Source: Sulfurospirillum sp. (lineage in GTDB: Bacteria; Campylobacterota; Campylobacteria; Campylobacterales; Sulfurospirillaceae). Taken from it: DNA of 39,431 nucleotides. The notes under the pieces are model-generated. The model was not told the DNA's origin. It did not search any database and saw nothing but the letters and a program-made list of their open reading frames with translations. This document shows, one piece after another, positions 36,555-39,431 of this stretch. Numbering within the stretch: the first letter of the stretch is position 1; each line of letters starts with the position of its first letter. The position numbers and the translations under genes are program-made. The stretch lies in the NCBI GenBank assembly GCA_045047115.1, contig JASFYR010000041.1, positions 1 to 39,431 of the forward strand. The letters run 5' to 3'.

Positions 36555-38459
36555 ATGTTAAAAAATAATAAAAGTGTAGAACCTTCCGCAATAAATTTAA
36601 TTTTTAAAGCAGAAAAAGAACATATAGAAACTGTCTGGGATCGTCATGAAGCTATGCAGCCACAATGTGGATTTGGTGATACCGGTGCATGTTGTCGTAT
36701 TTGCTGGAAAGGTCCTTGCAGAGTAGATCCTAGAGGAAATGGACCTACAAAAGGTATTTGCGGAGCTGATATTGATGTGATTGTAGCTAGAAATCTTCTT
36801 AGAAGTTTAGCTGTTGGTGCTTCTGCACACACAGAACATGCTCGCCATATAGCACACACTTTATCTGAGCTGCCTAATGGTAAAGTTTCAGCATATCAAA
36901 TTAAAGATAAAGAAAAGTTACTATCTGTTGCGAGAAGATTGAACATAGACATTGAAAATAAAGATATTATGCAAATTGCAAAAGAGGTCGCTCAAATTTC
37001 TTTAGAAGATTTTGGACGCCTAAATGGAGATTTTCACTGGGCCAATGCAATAATGAGTAAAAAAAGAAAAGAGAAACTTGATAAATTGGGAGTTTTACCA
37101 CAAAATCTTAGTGGTACTGTTGTGAATTGTCTCTCTCGTACTCATGTTGGTTCTGAATCAGACCCAGCTAATCTTCTCTCATCAGCCGTAAGTTTAGCTG
37201 TAGCTGATGTTTCTATGATGGCTATGGGTACAGAATTGTCTGATATTTTATTTGGTACACCTTCGCCAGTAATTACAACATCTAATATGGGGGTATTAAA
37301 GAAAGACGCTATCAATATAGCACTTCACGGACACAATCCTCTGCTTTGTGATGTTGTATGCGATGCTGCAGCATTAATGAATCAACAAGCTATAGAAGCT
37401 GGAGCCAAAGAAGGTATTAATATAGTTGGGGTTTGTTGCACTGGTAATGAATTAATGGAGAGACATGGTGTCCCTTTGGCTTCTAATTATTTATCCCAAG
37501 AGTTAGTTATGATTACTGGTGCTGTTGAGGCAATGGTTGTAGATACTCAATGTATTATGCCAGCAATTGTCGATACTGCCAGCAATTATCATACAAAAGT
37601 TATAACTACATTAGATGATAATAAAATAGCAGGAGCTACACATGTTTCATTTCATCCAGAGAGTGCAATGGAAAGTGCTAAAAAAATAGTTCAATATGCA
37701 ATAGATGCTTTTATCCATAGGGATAATGATAGAGTTGAAATTCCTAATGGAACACAAAAAGCTATGAGTGGATTTGGATACGAAGCTATTTTGGCTGCTT
37801 TAGGTAAAGTTAATGCTGATGACCCCATAAGCGCACTAAGTGATAATATTGCAAATGGAAATATACAAGGAATTGTACTGTTTGCAGGGTGTAACAATAC
37901 CAAAGTAGTACAAAATGATAACTATATTAAAATGGCAAAAGAATTATCCAAAAATAATGTATTGGTAGTAGCAACTGGTTGTGCTGTTGGAGCTCTTGCT
38001 ACTGGTGGCTTAATGACTCAAGAAGCAACAAATGAGTATGCTGGAGATTCTTTAAAATCTGTATTAACAGCAGTAGGAGAGGCAGCAGGACTCAATGGAC
38101 CTTTACCATTAGTTATAAATATGGGTTCTTGTGTTGATAATTCCAGAGCACTTAGACTATGTGTGGATATTGCTGATAAACTGGATGTAGACATAGATAG
38201 TTTACCAGTTGCAGCTTCAGCACCTGAAATGATGTCTGAAAAAGCACAAATTATTGGTACATGGGGAGTTGTAATGGGATTTCCAACTCATATAGGTGTC
38301 ATTCCTCCCGTAACCAGTTCTCCTTTTGTAACCAATTTTTTAACACAGGGAATGAAGGACTTATTTGGTGCTAATTTTATAGTTGAAGTAGATCCAATTG
38401 AAGCTGCTGATAAATTACTCTCTACAATAAAAGAGAGAAGATTAATTTTAGGCATATAA
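36555..38459 (+). CDS. cooS: Anaerobic Ni,Fe carbon monoxide dehydrogenase catalytic subunit
   Basis: D/B-cluster QCGFG..GACCRICWKGPC...GICG; C-cluster ligands HGHNP, CCTGNE, DTQC, GCNN, TGC and GSCVDN; AHTEH and SEKA. Confidence 0.96.
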   Translation: MLKNNKSVEPSAINLIFKAEKEHIETVWDRHEAMQPQCGFGDTGACCRICWKGPCRVDPRGNGPTKGICGADIDVIVARNLLRSLAVGASAHTEHARHIAHTLSELPNGKVSAYQIKDKEKLLSVARRLNIDIENKDIMQIAKEVAQISLEDFGRLNGDFHWANAIMSKKRKEKLDKLGVLPQNLSGTVVNCLSRTHVGSESDPANLLSSAVSLAVADVSMMAMGTELSDILFGTPSPVITTSNMGVLKKDAINIALHGHNPLLCDVVCDAAALMNQQAIEAGAKEGINIVGVCCTGNELMERHGVPLASNYLSQELVMITGAVEAMVVDTQCIMPAIVDTASNYHTKVITTLDDNKIAGATHVSFHPESAMESAKKIVQYAIDAFIHRDNDRVEIPNGTQKAMSGFGYEAILAALGKVNADDPISALSDNIANGNIQGIVLFAGCNNTKVVQNDNYIKMAKELSKNNVLVVATGCAVGALATGGLMTQEATNEYAGDSLKSVLTAVGEAAGLNGPLPLVINMGSCVDNSRALRLCVDIADKLDVDIDSLPVAASAPEMMSEKAQIIGTWGVVMGFPTHIGVIPPVTSSPFVTNFLTQGMKDLFGANFIVEVDPIEAADKLLSTIKERRLILGI

Positions 38460-38484
38460 TTATTAATATTTAAGGAAATTATTT

Positions 38485-39258
38485 ATGAAAATAGCTATTA
38501 CTGGAAAGGGAGGAGTAGGAAAAACTACCCTCTGCGGAGTTTTATCACGCCTTTTTGCCAATGATGGATTTAATGTATTGGCGGTTGATGCTGATCCTGA
38601 TGCCAATCTTGCTTCATCTATAGGAGTACCCGAAGAAGAGTATGAAAAGCTTACTCCTTTTTCCAAAATGAAAGATTTAGCAAAAAAGCGTACAGCAGCC
38701 AATGACGGATATGGTTCATTGTTTATTCTAAACCCCAAGGTAGATGATTTGCCAGATGAATATTGTGTAGAGCATAAGGGAGTTAAGCTGCTCTCTATGG
38801 GGACTATAGATCAAGGAGGAAGTGGTTGTGTATGTCCTGAGAATACACTGATAAAAAGATTAATGCAAGAACTTTTAGTTAATCGTGATGATGTGGTGAT
38901 TATGGATATGGAAGCTGGTATAGAACATCTTGGTCGTGGAACCGCTGAAGCTGTAGATGCTTTAATAGTTGTAGTAGAACCTGGTAAAAGAAGTATTCAA
39001 ACAGCAAATCAGATAAAAGGGTTGGCTGATGATATTGGAATTAAAAAAACCTTTATTGTTGCCAGTAAAGTACAAAATGAAGAAGATTTAAAATTTATAA
39101 AAAACAGTTTGGAAAATTTTGAATTTTTAGGACATATCTCTTTAAGTAACACTGTTAAACAAGCGGATATGGAGGGAGTTTCACCAATGGATATAGGTGG
39201 AAAAATAGTTAATGAAATCAATTTAATCAAAAATCAAATAACAATAAAAGTATATTAG
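38485..39258 (+). CDS. cooC: CODH nickel-insertion ATPase
   Basis: GKGGVGKT, DADPD, GCVCP and DMEAGIEHLGRG motifs. Confidence 0.95.
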   Translation: MKIAITGKGGVGKTTLCGVLSRLFANDGFNVLAVDADPDANLASSIGVPEEEYEKLTPFSKMKDLAKKRTAANDGYGSLFILNPKVDDLPDEYCVEHKGVKLLSMGTIDQGGSGCVCPENTLIKRLMQELLVNRDDVVIMDMEAGIEHLGRGTAEAVDALIVVVEPGKRSIQTANQIKGLADDIGIKKTFIVASKVQNEEDLKFIKNSLENFEFLGHISLSNTVKQADMEGVSPMDIGGKIVNEINLIKNQITIKVY

Positions 39259-39262
39259 CTTA

Positions 39263-39303
39263 TTTAATGGTCAGCATTGATTGTTGTTTTGCTGGCCGTT
39301 AAA
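39263..39303 (+). other. 14-bp stem-loop after cooC
   Basis: TTTAATGGTCAGCA...TGCTGGCCGTTAAA with two G-U pairs on the plus strand and no U-tract. Confidence 0.55.
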
Positions 39304-39323
39304 TCCTCTATAAGGAATAAGAT

Positions 39324-39431
39324 ATGCATATATTTGATTCAAGCTGTTGTTTTTGGAGACGGAGGAATATCCACATTGGCGGCAAATGCACTCTCTATGG
39401 CATTTGTTGGCTCTTTTGTGGGGTATTATAG
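39324..39431 (+). pseudogene. CbiM/NikM (ECF Ni/Co transporter) gene with internal deletion and frameshift; runs off the window
   Basis: AAGGA RBS and ATG-CAT-ATA (MHI). One base later, another frame reads LIQAVVFGDGGISTLAANALSMAFVG. The ATG frame stops at 39429-39431. Confidence 0.75.

Noticed and set aside
467..39230. Numerous 63-138 aa ORFs lying within or antisense to the annotated genes
   Set aside because: Shadow frames of well-supported genes with no recognisable motifs.
39263..39303. NiCo riboswitch
   Set aside because: Only a single hairpin; the four-way junction is not evident.

Overview
AT-rich bacterial chromosomal window. It is most consistent with Campylobacterota (Epsilonproteobacteria), inferred from the YebC and Acs N-termini and TGnTATAAT-type promoters. 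Bases 1-9150 are an accessory defence island on the minus strand: an ArdA remnant, a PLD-like/SNF2 helicase, DUF4391, an orphan PemK/MazF toxin, a type III Mod methyltransferase, a PrrC/RloC-like ABC-ATPase and a DUF2130 protein running off the edge. The middle holds a GAPOR-like tungsten/molybdenum oxidoreductase, aguB/aguA, a Fur-boxed feoA-feoB-feoA cluster, a CDF transporter, a two-component system (TCS) followed by acs, yebC, a TCS followed by TAXI-TRAP-lhgO, and metE. The right end holds a TCS followed by cooF-cooS-cooC (anaerobic Ni-CO dehydrogenase) and an internally deleted cbiM/nikM. The two best novel-system candidates are (1) an antitoxin-less MazF-family gene flanked by two promoter-driven, structured, opposite-strand small RNAs, and (2) a 75-codon Cys-rich leader ORF ending RRTGVHPPLSC, whose last codons and stop can pair with the metE ribosome-binding site. 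All family calls come from motif recognition by eye; no searches or folding programs were run.
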